This document shows, one piece after another, positions 9,329-21,510 of a DNA stretch of 64,000 nt. The position numbers and the translations under genes are program-made. Under the pieces are notes generated by a model. It saw only the letters and a list, made by a program, of their open reading frames with translations. It made no database searches and was not told the origin of the DNA. The first letter of the stretch is position 1. The number at the start of each line of letters is the position of its first letter. Source of the DNA: an uncultured delta proteobacterium (lineage in GTDB: Bacteria; Desulfobacterota; Desulfobacteria; Desulfobacterales; JAFDCJ01); the NCBI GenBank assembly GCA_963769935.1, contig CAVYNY010000022.1, forward strand, positions 32,001 through 96,000, in the 5' to 3' direction.

Positions 9329-10471
9329 TTATAAAAAGCGCAGGAGACTGCCCGGATGGGATTTTTTGACAAGACCATACCAGCGGCAGAGCGGATAAAG
9401 CACCAGTAAAACCGCAGCAGCGGCGATAAAAGCCTCCGCCAGCCCCCCGGTTTGATGCATATTGAAAAGCCAGGCGCCGGCTGCCAGAAGATGCACATGA
9501 ATGAGGTAAAAGAATAACGGCGTGCGGCCGAATACCTGCAATGGATTATAAGCCGAAGGCTTTCGGTTGCGGTACCAGGCAAACAGAAAAGCTAAAATCA
9601 GAAACATGAGACCCAGTTCAAGAGCTGCAAAAGAGAGGCTTGGCGGATATTTGCTTACATGCAGCCATTGAAGAATCGAGTTGCCGTAGCGGTACAGCAG
9701 CATGTTGCCGTAGCGATTGAAACCGCGAACCAAAAAAAAAGCGGTTAAAGATACCACTCCGGCTATCGAAAAGAACCAAACCGGATTAAAGTCGCTGCGG
9801 GTCAGCATGTACTTCCCGCAGACCCAGCCCAGTATCATGTAAGCCAGCCAGGGAATCAGCGGGTATAAAACAAATATGCCGGCTACCTTGCGCAGACCGG
9901 TAATCAGCAATGCTCCGGCAGGCCCCGGCTGCTGTCCGCCTCCGGCCCAGATTGCCAGCTCGGCAAATTTTTCGCCAAGCAGAAATATTGCCAAGCTGAT
10001 AATAAGCAGCTTGAACAGGCCGAGTCGGCGGAGTGGTACCATCAAACAGAAGCTGCCGCCGATAGCATACAGCACCTGGAGGATGAAACCGCTCCCGAAG
10101 CCAATGCTCATCCAAAGGGGATCCAGCAGCATAATGAAAATCCCCCGGATAAAGATATCTCTGTCAATGGAGCGCCCCGGCTCGCCGCGGGAATGCCGTC
10201 CGGCCACGCTCAATGCCAGCCCGAAACCGGCCAGAAACAAAAAAGTAGGCGCGCACAGATGCGTCACCCAGCGAGTAAGGAATTGGGCCGGCGGGATCTT
10301 CGCGTCTGCCTGATACCAGATAAACGAGTCGGTGGCATACCGGCCTGCATTGAACGCATGCGAGGCATGGTCAATTGTCATGAGCACCATGACGATGCCG
10401 CGCATGGCATCGATGGCGGCCAAACGAGATTTGCGGTGAGCTGTTGATGGTCGATTCTGAGAGTCAGCCAT
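9329..10471 (-). CDS. DUF1624 / HGSNAT-like multi-pass membrane acyltransferase
   Basis: RLAAIDAMRGIVMVLMTIDH, TRWVTHLCAPTFLFLAG, KYPPSL; many TM helices. Confidence 0.85.
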   Translation of the reverse strand: MADSQNRPSTAHRKSRLAAIDAMRGIVMVLMTIDHASHAFNAGRYATDSFIWYQADAKIPPAQFLTRWVTHLCAPTFLFLAGFGLALSVAGRHSRGEPGRSIDRDIFIRGIFIMLLDPLWMSIGFGSGFILQVLYAIGGSFCLMVPLRRLGLFKLLIISLAIFLLGEKFAELAIWAGGGQQPGPAGALLITGLRKVAGIFVLYPLIPWLAYMILGWVCGKYMLTRSDFNPVWFFSIAGVVSLTAFFLVRGFNRYGNMLLYRYGNSILQWLHVSKYPPSLSFAALELGLMFLILAFLFAWYRNRKPSAYNPLQVFGRTPLFFYLIHVHLLAAGAWLFNMHQTGGLAEAFIAAAAVLLVLYPLCRWYGLVKKSHPGSLLRFL

Positions 10472-10510
10472 TGGATTGGGTCTGTTTATTCCAACATTGA
10501 AAACCTGGCG

Positions 10511-10546
10511 CTCCCTCCGGGCTGTAGGCCTGCGGGCAGGAAGCTG
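10511..10546 (+). repeat. REP-like 36-bp repeat, copy 1
   Basis: CTCCCTCCGGGCTGTAGGCCTGCGGGCAGGAAGCTG; 34/36 identical to 32275-32310. Confidence 0.8.
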
Positions 10547-10617
10547 GGCCGGGATTCTTTACGCAAGCTATGTCGTTTTCTCAATCCGGCTGATTGTTGT
10601 CAACGACGAATCAGCGT

Positions 10618-11620
10618 TTAGAGGAGTTCCGATACCTGTACCAATAGATCCAGATTCTTGGCAATAAAAATCAATTCGGCGTTTTCCACCTGAGCATGAC
10701 GCGTTTGAATCCATGATTCGAATGCATTTTGATCCAGGGCCGGGTGGCCTTTAAGTTCAGTGTGGATCGTATCGAGGATAAAATGCAGGAAATAGGGTTC
10801 ATCGGCGGGATATCCTCCCGACTCGGGCAAAACGATCCAATCAGAGCCGCCGGCCGCCAGGACGGCGGCATCCGCAGCCCGGAGGCGGTCGAATAGATTG
10901 CGGCCGGTGTGACAGCCGCCGGTTTTGCGGCCGTCGGTAATGCGCTCATCCATGCTTTGGTTGTACAATTGCAGGATCAGCCTATCAAAGGCAGGGTTCT
11001 AATTCCGGCAGGAAAATGGTTTCACCGTCATAGTTCAGCGTCAGGTACAATAAACCGCCCGGTCGTATGAAATTGATGAATTGACGCAGCACTACGTCGA
11101 TATCGATCAAATCCATAAATGCATGGGCAATGCCCAAATCCCACTGCCGCCCGCAATTTTCACCTGACAAAAAGTGATACACATCGGCCTGCATAAATTT
11201 GATCCATATTTCGCCTTCTTGAGTTCGAATAAGGGTGGTGTTTTCCGAACGGGGACTGAAGCCGAAGCCTCCGGCGGCAGCCCAGCGCCCCAGTTGCCGG
11301 CGGGATTCACCGACACTGACTGCATCCGAGTCAACTGCCGTGTAGTCTGCGAAGATTAAAAGTTTCCAATCAACCAACCGTTCGATCATCGTCCCGATTC
11401 CGGCACCCAATTCCAAAACGCTCAATCGGTTTGCGTGTCTGCTTTTGGGCAAAGCTGCGGCCAGCGTCTCCCGGACATGTTCATTCAACGCACGATCATC
11501 CACGCTCTTCTTGGATGACAGGTAGCGTATAAAACGTTGTCCGTTTATAGTCGACACGGTAAATTTCACCTCAGCGAGCCCCAGACGATATGAGCCTGAG
11601 GCTCGTTCCTGATTTGTCAT
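10618..11620 (-). pseudogene. Class I SAM-dependent methyltransferase split by a +1 frameshift near 10995 (pseudogene or sequencing error)
   Basis: RYLSSKKSVDDRALN, VLELGAGIGTM; removing one C from GAACCCTGCC joins ..PELEPAFDRLILQLYNQSMDER.. Confidence 0.75.
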
Positions 11621-11693
11621 TGAACACGGTCATGTTTGGCATGAAATGGAACTGCCCTGATTGGCCTAAAATAAAATGGGTGTCGAAAATATT

Positions 11694-11715
11694 GTATGGG
11701 GTGAAGACTGTATTT
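11694..11715 (-). promoter_or_regulatory. 22-bp regulon box upstream of methyltransferase
   Basis: Minus strand AAATACAGTCTTCACCCCATAC; TATTTT 20 nt downstream. Confidence 0.7.
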
Positions 11716-12294
11716 TGGCATCGCCAAACCCTGATAAGCCGGCCGCAGCACAGGGGAGAATGAAAACCTGGGCGCGCGGAGAAGCGAAAATACCCTTTAC
11801 CGGACAATTGGAGAGATATTCCTATATTCCTATCAATCAGGTTGAGCCGTATGAAAAACGCGGATTAGGCGGCGTAAGACCGCTGGCCTGGTATTATCCG
11901 TTGCCGGGAGGGGCCTGGTGGCGCAGGCGGATGGGCGGCTATCCGGAATATTCGACCGAGGCCCCGGTCCGAGTATTTGGCAGGTACGGTGAATTTTTAA
12001 AGCAATTACATGATGCACAGTATTTACCGGGCCTTCCACGGCGTCTATATTTCATCAGATCCTGAAAACGCTGCGGTGGTGCTAAGCGACCCCAATCCGT
12101 GAATCAGCAGACGGAAGCAGTTGCGTCTAAAGGCCCGGGGCAGCCGTCGCAAAGAAAATCTGATTGTCGCTTCCATTTATTTAGCGCGTTGCTTGCCGGG
12201 CGCGGGAAGGTCCAGACGGCGATTTCAGGAATGAAGGTCGATATCGGATCGACGGCAGGGTCTGCTAATATGACTTCTAAGGGAGGTAACTAAA

Positions 12295-12861
12295 ATGCAG
12301 GAAACTAAAATAAATTGGCTAAACGATTATGAGGAAGGCTACGGACGTGCCCGCGAGGAAAAGAAGCCGCTGTTTCTCGACTTTTTCAAAGACGGGTGAA
12401 ATGGCTGCGCCAAATTGGGTGCCGTGACGTACCCGGACAGACAGGTCGCAGCCCTGCTCAACGAAAATTTTGTTCCCGTCCAAGTCAACATCGAAAAGGT
12501 TGCTAAACTGGCGGATGAATTTCAGGCTCTCTGGACCCCCAATTTGAATGTGATCGATGGCCGTCAAAAGCGGGTATACTGGGTTGAGGGTTGGCTGCCG
12601 CCGTCCGAATTTGCGGCCATGCTGGGCGTTGCGCAGGGACACTATTTTCTGCGGGGCAAAAAATACACGGAAGCCGCACCGCTTTTCAAGGCGGTGTTTG
12701 AACAGAATCCCCGCAGCCAATTCGCCCCGGAAGCTCTGTATTACAGGGGCGTCAGCCGCTATTTGAACTCTCATAAAGTCGACGAACTCAAGGAAGACTG
12801 GATCATGCTGCAGCGCTTTTATCCTCAGAGCGCCTGGAGCCTGCGTTCCAACATACTGTGA
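12295..12861 (+). CDS. Thioredoxin-like selenoprotein (UxxC) with C-terminal TPR-like region, 188 aa
   Basis: GGAGG RBS; MQETKINWLNDYEEGYGRAREEKKPLFLDFFKDG-TGA(12397-12399)-NGCAKLGAVTYPD in frame with ORF 12415..12861; hairpin just after the UGA. Confidence 0.88.
12415..12436 (+). promoter_or_regulatory. Candidate bacterial SECIS hairpin
   Basis: TTGGGTGC-CGTGAC-GTACCCGG stem-loop with G-containing loop, starting 16 nt after the in-frame UGA. Confidence 0.55.
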
Positions 12862-13069
12862 GCAAACCGCGAAGATAAAAATGCAATCAATCCGGGCAGG
12901 TCTCCGCAGCGAAGTGCGGGTCTCCCTCGGGCTGCATGCCGGCTGCTGTTGCCCGACTTCGCACGTGAAACTTCACCTGGACCTAACAGCGAACCGCTGA
13001 ATAATGAACCCTTGAATCACGCTAAAGACATGATCGGACGACCCGAATTGCGAAAAAGGGAGATGATAA

Positions 13070-13432
13070 ATGAACCAAAGGGATTCAAATTACTTTAAAA
13101 GACGACTCCGGCAATGGCTGGAGTCGCTGAAGCAGCAGGCCGGCAACACTGTCAGCTATTTCAGGCAATACGACGAGCGTTCAGCGGACCCGCTGGATCA
13201 GGCAACCCTCGAATACGAACGCAATTTTGCGCTTCGAATTCACAACAGAGAGGATTTGCTTATCAGGAAAATCAAGCAATCCTTGCGGGATATCGAAGAC
13301 GGCGTATACGGGTTCTGTGAGGCGTGCGGCAGCCCGATCGGCGTAAAAAGATTAAAAGTCCGTCCAGTTGCCCGCTATTGTATCGAATGTAAGACCGTGG
13401 CCGAAAAAAAGGAGCGGGTTTTTGGCCTTTGA
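13070..13432 (+). CDS. dksA: RNA polymerase-binding transcription factor DksA family
   Basis: DPLDQA (DxxDxA) coiled-coil tip; CEAC..RLKVRPVARYCIEC. Confidence 0.88.
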   Translation: MNQRDSNYFKRRLRQWLESLKQQAGNTVSYFRQYDERSADPLDQATLEYERNFALRIHNREDLLIRKIKQSLRDIEDGVYGFCEACGSPIGVKRLKVRPVARYCIECKTVAEKKERVFGL

Positions 13433-13453
13433 TTCCCGCGGTGAAATGGGTGT

Positions 13454-13535
13454 AATGGTTTAGAACGTTTAGATCGTTTAGATGGTTGATGGTTGGGACT
13501 GTCGTAATGAGCCCAACGTTCTAAACGATTCCAAC
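13454..13535. repeat. 9-mer ATCGTTTAG/ATGGTTTAG tandem array with inverted arm
   Basis: ATGGTTTAGAACGTTTAGATCGTTTAGATGGTTG...AACGTTCTAAACGAT. Confidence 0.65.
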
Positions 13536-13578
13536 TAAAATCAGGAAACAACCATGTTAGGAATTGCCGGTATCATAA

Positions 13579-13600
13579 AAATACAGGATTCACCTTATTT
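13579..13600 (+). promoter_or_regulatory. 22-bp regulon box upstream of STAS-like gene
   Basis: AAATACAGGATTCACCTTATTT; TACCTT 20 nt downstream. Confidence 0.8.
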
Positions 13601-13713
13601 ACTGCCGGGAGTCAAGGGTTTACCTTGCTAAAAAAAGAATCATTCTTTTTGATTGAACTCCCTTGAAGCGCGCCGGTTATCGTGCTTTGACAAGGGCCGG
13701 AAAAGGAGGTGCG

Positions 13714-13992
13714 ATGGCCTGCAATTTTAATATTTCGGTAGCCAAAGCCGGAGATCATGTCTGCTTGAAGCTGAATGGAGACTTCGACGGCAGTTCGGCC
13801 TGCGAGCTGGTAAACATGCTGAATGGCGGTGCGCTGTTCAACTCCCCAAAAATCCTGGTAGATACGGATTCGCTCAAGAATGTGTACCCCTTTGGTTTGA
13901 ATATCCTGCACAGTCGGCTGCATAAAGCAAAATCAAGGATGGTTCCGCTGGTTTTCACCGGGAAGATGTCGGAGCGATTCGCAGCGGGATGA
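13714..13992 (+). CDS. Small STAS-like (anti-anti-sigma-like) protein
   Basis: AGGAGG RBS; LKLNGDFDGSSACEL..ILVDTDSL..VYPFG. Confidence 0.7.
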   Translation: MACNFNISVAKAGDHVCLKLNGDFDGSSACELVNMLNGGALFNSPKILVDTDSLKNVYPFGLNILHSRLHKAKSRMVPLVFTGKMSERFAAG

Positions 13993-14170
13993 AAAATTGG
14001 CAGAAAATCTCTTAGCTCAATCTGATCGAATACATTTCTTCTCTTCCGCGTGGTGATCGAAAAAGAGCTTGGCGAGAGCTAACATCGAGATTTATGAATT
14101 TCATTAACCGACCCAATGCTGATGCAATAGCCATAAAAGATATGTTTATTGAGAATTGAAAGTCGATTCC

Positions 14171-16594
<2,424 letters not shown>

Positions 16595-16803
16595 TGTTGA
16601 AAACCTGACTTTATGGGCCAGGTTAAAGAAACTTGGCTTTACCGTGCACCCATGCTGTGGAGTGACGTCCCGCCCTGGTGCGACGTACGGAGAATTTAAA
16701 GCACGTTTGTCCTGATTAGTAAAAAATAGCTAATGTTGGATTTATGTTTTACTTTGACAATCTCCGTCATTAGGAAAGCCGGCTTTACCGGTGCCTCTAT
16801 GCC

Positions 16804-17220
16804 CTAAGCCGGCAGTGAAATTTTTTTCAGAACTTCGCCGACCAGATTTTTATCAACGGATTTGGCCAGATCACCAAGGGATACAATGCCGGATAATTTT
16901 CTCCCGTCCGCCATTACCAGCAAGCGTCGCACCCGCCGGTCGCCCATCAAACGGGCCGCGGTTTCAATATCATCGTCTTCCTTGCAGGCGAAAACTTCGT
17001 CGGTCATCGCATCGGTTACATAGGTCGTTTGAGGGTTAAGACCTTCTGCCACAACGCGAACCGTGATGTCTCGATCCGTCAGCATGCCGACGGCTTCACC
17101 GCCCACGACTACCGGCATATCACCGACGTCTGATTCTTTCATTTTAGCGGCCGCTTGCTCGATTGTCTGATCTTCAGTGATAAAGTCGGTTCTACGAGTC
17201 ATAATTTCACGAACTTTCAT
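16804..17220 (-). CDS. CBS-domain pair protein
   Basis: MKVREIMT, GMLTDRDITVR, VRRLLV..GIVSLGDLA. Confidence 0.92.
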   Translation of the reverse strand: MKVREIMTRRTDFITEDQTIEQAAAKMKESDVGDMPVVVGGEAVGMLTDRDITVRVVAEGLNPQTTYVTDAMTDEVFACKEDDDIETAARLMGDRRVRRLLVMADGRKLSGIVSLGDLAKSVDKNLVGEVLKKISLPA

Positions 17221-17273
17221 GTTGGCCTCCTTCTAGCTTTTTTACAGAGAATATGCCTGAAACATATCGCTTA

Positions 17274-17295
17274 AAATGGGGTATATCCGGTATTC
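17274..17295 (-). promoter_or_regulatory. 22-bp regulon box upstream of CBS gene
   Basis: Minus strand GAATACCGGATATACCCCATTT; TATTCT 20 nt downstream; half-site CTGTACAT 22 bp upstream. Confidence 0.8.
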
Positions 17296-17331
17296 TTCAG
17301 ACTGTTATCATGTACAGTATTGGATAATGCG

Positions 17332-17353
17332 AAATACAGGGTTGAACCTATTT
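17332..17353 (+). promoter_or_regulatory. 22-bp regulon box upstream of 17423 gene
   Basis: AAATACAGGGTTGAACCTATTT; TAGGTT 20 nt downstream; half-site ATGTACAG at 17310. Confidence 0.78.
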
Positions 17354-17422
17354 ACTTTGCCATGTTGAGCCAATAGGTTGTTATTTATTCGCACACTTGT
17401 ATAGAAAAGGAGTGAAATCATC

Positions 17423-17731
17423 ATGGCAGAACCTGCAAAAATTGTGAAAGGCGGATTTCGAGCCACCTTGGCACTGATCATATCTGTCATTGCTCTTTTG
17501 ATCTCGATTTTCGGATATGCTACCTCCGAAAGAGAAAAAGATCTGAACGCTCGAATCCAGGACTTCCAGGCCAAAATGGAAAAGATGAAGGCGGAAAGCG
17601 CCGATCAGATAGACAAGATTCGCAATGAAACCGCAAAGGCGCTGGAAAAAATGAGCAACGCCGTCAAGAATGAAGGCCAACAGTCCAAAGCGGAGCCTGC
17701 GAAATCGACAGGCCAGACGGCCAACCAGTAG
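17423..17731 (+). CDS. Small membrane-anchored coiled-coil hypothetical protein
   Basis: AAGGAG RBS; N-terminal TM helix then charged helix. Confidence 0.75.
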   Translation: MAEPAKIVKGGFRATLALIISVIALLISIFGYATSEREKDLNARIQDFQAKMEKMKAESADQIDKIRNETAKALEKMSNAVKNEGQQSKAEPAKSTGQTANQ

Positions 17732-17766
17732 AACATGCATCAATATGAGGATTAAAGGCGGGAATT

Positions 17767-18090
17767 CTACCGGGAATGCTTGAGCTTTCTCTCAAGCAGG
17801 CACATTTTACCGTCGTCGGAGAGGTGCACGGCCTCGGTCCGAATCAGCATTTTGAGGGCATACGGCTTATAATCGCGCGGTTTGTACATTCTTTCAAGAA
17901 AGCTCGGGGGCTGCAATTCCAATTCAGCGACGGTTTTGGCCCCCTGGGAGCATAGGGAATGATTTGTTCTGAATCTCTCGATGACCTGGTTGAGAACTCT
18001 TTTCACCAAAAAGGCTTGAATTCTCAAGGCCGCCAGGAAGGCCAGCATCAGAAGTATCGTAATTGAAAATAAATTTAGCGGGTCTTCCAT
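17767..18090 (-). CDS. Hypothetical protein with N-terminal TM helix
   Basis: GGAGA RBS before MEDPLNLF..; RDYKPYALKMLI motif. Confidence 0.65.
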   Translation of the reverse strand: MEDPLNLFSITILLMLAFLAALRIQAFLVKRVLNQVIERFRTNHSLCSQGAKTVAELELQPPSFLERMYKPRDYKPYALKMLIRTEAVHLSDDGKMCLLERKLKHSR

Positions 18091-18143
18091 TGGGTTTTCT
18101 CCAGGTATTGCTTGAAGGTTTCCACATCCGGCAGTTCCGGCAT
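18075..18143 (-). pseudogene. N-terminal stub of Fpg/Nei DNA glycosylase
   Basis: MPELPDVETFKQYLEKT matches the invariant Fpg PELP(E/D)VE start; RBS present; stops after 22 aa. Confidence 0.7.
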
Positions 18144-18210
18144 CTTGTCTCCCGGCTTGGTTTCTGGAGATGGCCGGCGTGTGTGAGAATATTGCCAAGC
18201 GCAGCAGCTA

Positions 18211-18480
18211 TCAATGACTCCCAGCCCCCAGTCGTCCGGTTTGAGGCGTTGTGCCAAGATTCTGCAGCACCCCCTCGGCGAGAATCAGATCCAGGGTGTG
18301 CATATCGATTTCGATCTGATTCCAGCCCAGCCAGTCCAGCTTGCGGTTCAATTCACGAAGCGTGATGTCGGGATTGGAATAAAGCGTGCGGGTCAGATTG
18401 CGGATAAAACCGGGCAGCATATCCCTGGAAAGCCCCTTGTTGATCAGCCGCTGCAGCAGAATGTTGTGAAGAACATCCAT
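18211..18480 (-). CDS. Small hypothetical protein
   Basis: AAGGAGG RBS; LNRKLDWLGWNQIEIDMHTLDLILA. Confidence 0.7.
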   Translation of the reverse strand: MDVLHNILLQRLINKGLSRDMLPGFIRNLTRTLYSNPDITLRELNRKLDWLGWNQIEIDMHTLDLILAEGVLQNLGTTPQTGRLGAGSH

Positions 18481-18613
18481 TGAGCGCCTCCTTTCAGGCG
18501 GTTTGAATAAAAACCGTCACTGACAGCCCATTTAGGTTCTCCTGCCGGAAAACAGGGGTTCCCCGCAGGACGCAATGACTCACCTTCTGATAACATCGTC
18601 GGCCTCAAGAATA

Positions 18614-18635
18614 CAATAGAGTGAATCCTGTATTT
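18614..18635 (-). promoter_or_regulatory. 22-bp regulon box upstream of 18480 gene
   Basis: Minus strand AAATACAGGATTCACTCTATTG; TCGTACG half-site 22 bp upstream. Confidence 0.75.
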
Positions 18636-18756
18636 TACCGACAATTATAACGTACGAGGGCTTCTCCGGTGATACCGCGCAGGTGAACGTTGTTGTGAAT
18701 TACCAAGCCGTTATGAAGCGCGGTCGGGTACGCAGCAGATTTAATGCCCGATCCGT

Positions 18757-19938
18757 TCATCCTCTTTTTTGCATCGGTTCGTAGCTGCATCCCATCAGCC
18801 CGCAGTACTGCCCCACATACTCCGCCCTGGGCCTGTACAAAGCAGGCTTTTCCTGCGCATCGCCGAACTTTTCCTCGATGATGTGCGCACTCCAGCCCGC
18901 AATGCGGGCAATGGCGAAGAGCGGCGTCATAATGTCCCGCGGTATGCCCAGCATATGATAATAGGGCCCGGTGGAAAAATCCACGTTCGGCTCAACGCCG
19001 GTCTTGCCCAGCTTCTTGAACTCCGTCCGAGCGACTTCTTCCAATTTTAGGGAGAGGTCATACCATTTTTTCCGGCCGGTTTTTTCACCCAGCCGGCGGC
19101 TCATCTCCCTTACGAATTTTAACCGCGGATCGACCGTCTTGTAAACTGCATGCCCCAAACCCATTATTTTTTCATGTCTTTCCAGTTTGCCGCGCACCCA
19201 CCCGGCCATGTCGTCAACCGACTCCAGTTCGAGAAGCATTTTCATGACCCGGGCATTGGCCCCTCCATGCAGGGCTCCCGACAAGGCCCCCAGCCCGGCG
19301 GCCACACCGGTATAGATGTGGGCCCGGGTCGAGACCACTTCCCGGCAGGCAAAAGTAGAGGCGTTGAAGGTATGATCGGCGTGGAGAAGCAGGCAAGTAT
19401 CCAGATCTTTTGCCGTTTCCGGGTCGGGTTTGCTGCCCTGCAGCTGCCACAGAAAATTGGCGGCATGGGGCAGCTCTTTGTCGGACGGAAGCGGTTTTTG
19501 ACCCTGCCGTATTCGATGCCAGGCAGCGACCAACACCGGCAGCCGGGAAATAAGCCTGACTGCCTTTCGCAGGTTTGCCTCCCGGCTTTCGTCCTGAATC
19601 TCAGGATCGGAAACAGCCATAAGGGGCACGACCGCCTGAAGCACGTCCATGGGGGCGGCCTCTCGGGGCAGTTTTTCAAGACATTGATAGATGCAATCTG
19701 GAAGTTCCCTGGCCTCAAGTACCTGCTGCCCGAATTCCCGATACTCATTTTCATCGGGCAGCCTTCCCTGCAAAAGAAGAAAGGCCACCTCGAGGAAAGA
19801 GGAATTCTCGGCCAGGTCTTCAATTCGGTATCCACGATAGATGAGAACGCCTTTCTCACCATCGATGAAACTGATCTTGGTATCGGCGACCGCAATCCCA
19901 CGGAGGCCGGTGTTTTTCAGACGAACTGCTTCCGGCAT
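18757..19938 (-). CDS. gltA: Citrate synthase family (citrate or 2-methylcitrate synthase)
   Basis: GLRGI..IDGEKGVLIYRGY, LHADHTFNASTF, GALHGGAN, MGLGHAVYK..DPR, PNVDF. Confidence 0.9.
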   Translation of the reverse strand: MPEAVRLKNTGLRGIAVADTKISFIDGEKGVLIYRGYRIEDLAENSSFLEVAFLLLQGRLPDENEYREFGQQVLEARELPDCIYQCLEKLPREAAPMDVLQAVVPLMAVSDPEIQDESREANLRKAVRLISRLPVLVAAWHRIRQGQKPLPSDKELPHAANFLWQLQGSKPDPETAKDLDTCLLLHADHTFNASTFACREVVSTRAHIYTGVAAGLGALSGALHGGANARVMKMLLELESVDDMAGWVRGKLERHEKIMGLGHAVYKTVDPRLKFVREMSRRLGEKTGRKKWYDLSLKLEEVARTEFKKLGKTGVEPNVDFSTGPYYHMLGIPRDIMTPLFAIARIAGWSAHIIEEKFGDAQEKPALYRPRAEYVGQYCGLMGCSYEPMQKRG

Positions 19939-20094
19939 AATTTTTTCTCCTTTCTATTCCTGCGGTGATCCAAGGCACCGTTTCCTTTACCCAAGATTTT
20001 CAGGATCAAGGCAAGCGCTCCGGCCGGGTTTGAAAACCGTTGGAAACCGGGTGTTCCCTGCCTAACACTATTCTAATTCAGGTCATTTAAGAAA

Positions 20095-20116
20095 AAATAG
20101 GGTTTATAATGTATTT
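20095..20116 (-). promoter_or_regulatory. 22-bp regulon box upstream of citrate synthase
   Basis: Minus strand AAATACATTATAAACCCTATTT; TAGAAT 19 nt downstream; GTATACAG half-site 22 bp upstream. Confidence 0.72.
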
Positions 20117-20200
20117 TGCCATTGAGGGGGCTGTATACATAATAAAAGCATCGGTGATAAGGGGCTAGAGATCGCTTCGCATACCGGAAATTTTGACTGC

Positions 20201-20222
20201 AAATAGGTGATTTACCCCATTG
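20201..20222 (+). promoter_or_regulatory. 22-bp regulon box upstream of UDPGP remnant / YcbK gene
   Basis: AAATAGGTGATTTACCCCATTG; half-site GCATACCG at 20179. Confidence 0.65.
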
Positions 20223-20429
20223 AGTCACGAGGGAACTTCCTTTAATTATGGACAGTGGCAAAATTCATGCTTTATGGGCCTCAAAGACGGAAGTTTCGGG
20301 GATTGCAAAGGGAGATTGGAGCTGGGAGTCGGATTGTGATCGCGCAGGAGCCGCTTAGAACCGATCGATGATCTGCGGCTCATCCTGCTTTGCGGCGGTT
20401 CAGAGGAATTTATTCAAGAAAGGATCCTT

Positions 20430-20747
20430 ACCAACAATATCTGGATCTATTTACCTGCCTTGAAGAATATCATGGACAGAAAAAAAGGTGTGCTGGGTTT
20501 GCCGATGATCCGGAATCGTACGACCATGGCTCCCCGTGATCCGAAATCGACACCTGTATATCAGCTGGAAAAGGCAATGGGAGCGGCAATTTCGGTTTTC
20601 GAAGCCGCCGCTGCCATCCGGGTCCCCCGCAAGCGCTTTGCACCTGTGAAAAATTCCAACGACTTGATGGCCGTACGCTCTGATCGCTTCAGTTTAAACG
20701 ACAAATTTCAGATGGTCCCGAATCCGCATCGATCCAGACGGCGATAG
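20430..20747 (+). pseudogene. Fragment of UTP--glucose-1-phosphate uridylyltransferase (UDPGP family)
   Basis: TNNIWI..LPMIRN..PRDP.S.PVYQLEKAMGAAI..F..A.AIRVPRKRFAPVKNSNDL..RSD. Confidence 0.75.
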
Positions 20748-20780
20748 AGAATCTTCAGGAACCGGAGCGTTGGAGGAAAA

Positions 20781-21341
20781 ATGAACCGCGTGAGCAGACG
20801 TCATTTTTTGCGTTTGATGATATGGACCGGACTGATCAGCTATTCGCCGAGGTCGGCCCTGGCCGCCATCGAAGATCCAGCCGCTGCGGAAAACTGCATT
20901 TCTCTATATAATCCGTACACCCGGGAGAGCTTTAGCGGAGTTTATCGGCGCAACGGCATTTCGGTGGCTGCTGCGATGCAAAAAATCAATCAGATTTTAA
21001 GGGATATCCGCACAGACGAAGTTAAACCAATAGATCCTGCTCTACTGGATTTAATGGCTGCCATTGCCATAGAACTCAACAGCGACGAGCCTATTCATGT
21101 TAGCTCCGGTTACCGCAGCCAAAAAACGAACGACCTCTTGCGCAGACGCAACAAGTGGGCGGCAAAAAAAAGCTTTCACATTAAAGGCCAGGCGGCCGAT
21201 ATTCGCGTGCCGGGGCAGCCGACCAAGGCTGTGCGTTGGGCGGCCTGCAGATTAAAAATGGGCGGCGTCGGATATTATTCGCAGCGCAAATTCCTGCATA
21301 TTGACGTCGGCCCGGTGCGATACTGGAACTGGAGAAGTTGA
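20781..21341 (+). CDS. YcbK/DUF882 family peptidase M15, Tat signal
   Basis: SRRHFL twin-Arg; SSGYRS..TN..L, S.H..GQAADI, GGVGYY..FLHIDVGPVR. Confidence 0.9.
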   Translation: MNRVSRRHFLRLMIWTGLISYSPRSALAAIEDPAAAENCISLYNPYTRESFSGVYRRNGISVAAAMQKINQILRDIRTDEVKPIDPALLDLMAAIAIELNSDEPIHVSSGYRSQKTNDLLRRRNKWAAKKSFHIKGQAADIRVPGQPTKAVRWAACRLKMGGVGYYSQRKFLHIDVGPVRYWNWRS

Positions 21342-21510
21342 GAGGAGATAGTAGAATCGACAAAAATAATTTCAAGAAGGAATTGTATCATCTTACGAAA
21401 ACCCTTATATTGATCACATACGCGATTTATGCCTAATTCTGTTTTCGATTCTATCGAAGCAGAATAAAAGCCGCAGTCGGAAGAAAATAAAGCAGAGGCC
21501 TTTGAATGCT

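Noticed and set aside
10985..10987. TGA in the methyltransferase as a second selenocysteine
   Set aside because: The downstream homologous sequence is in a different frame and TAG follows immediately; it is a frameshift, not readthrough.
11676..12065. 129-aa ORF on + strand
   Set aside because: No recognisable family or clear RBS, and its 5' end overlaps a regulon box and promoter of the divergent methyltransferase; probably spurious or an unidentifiable remnant.
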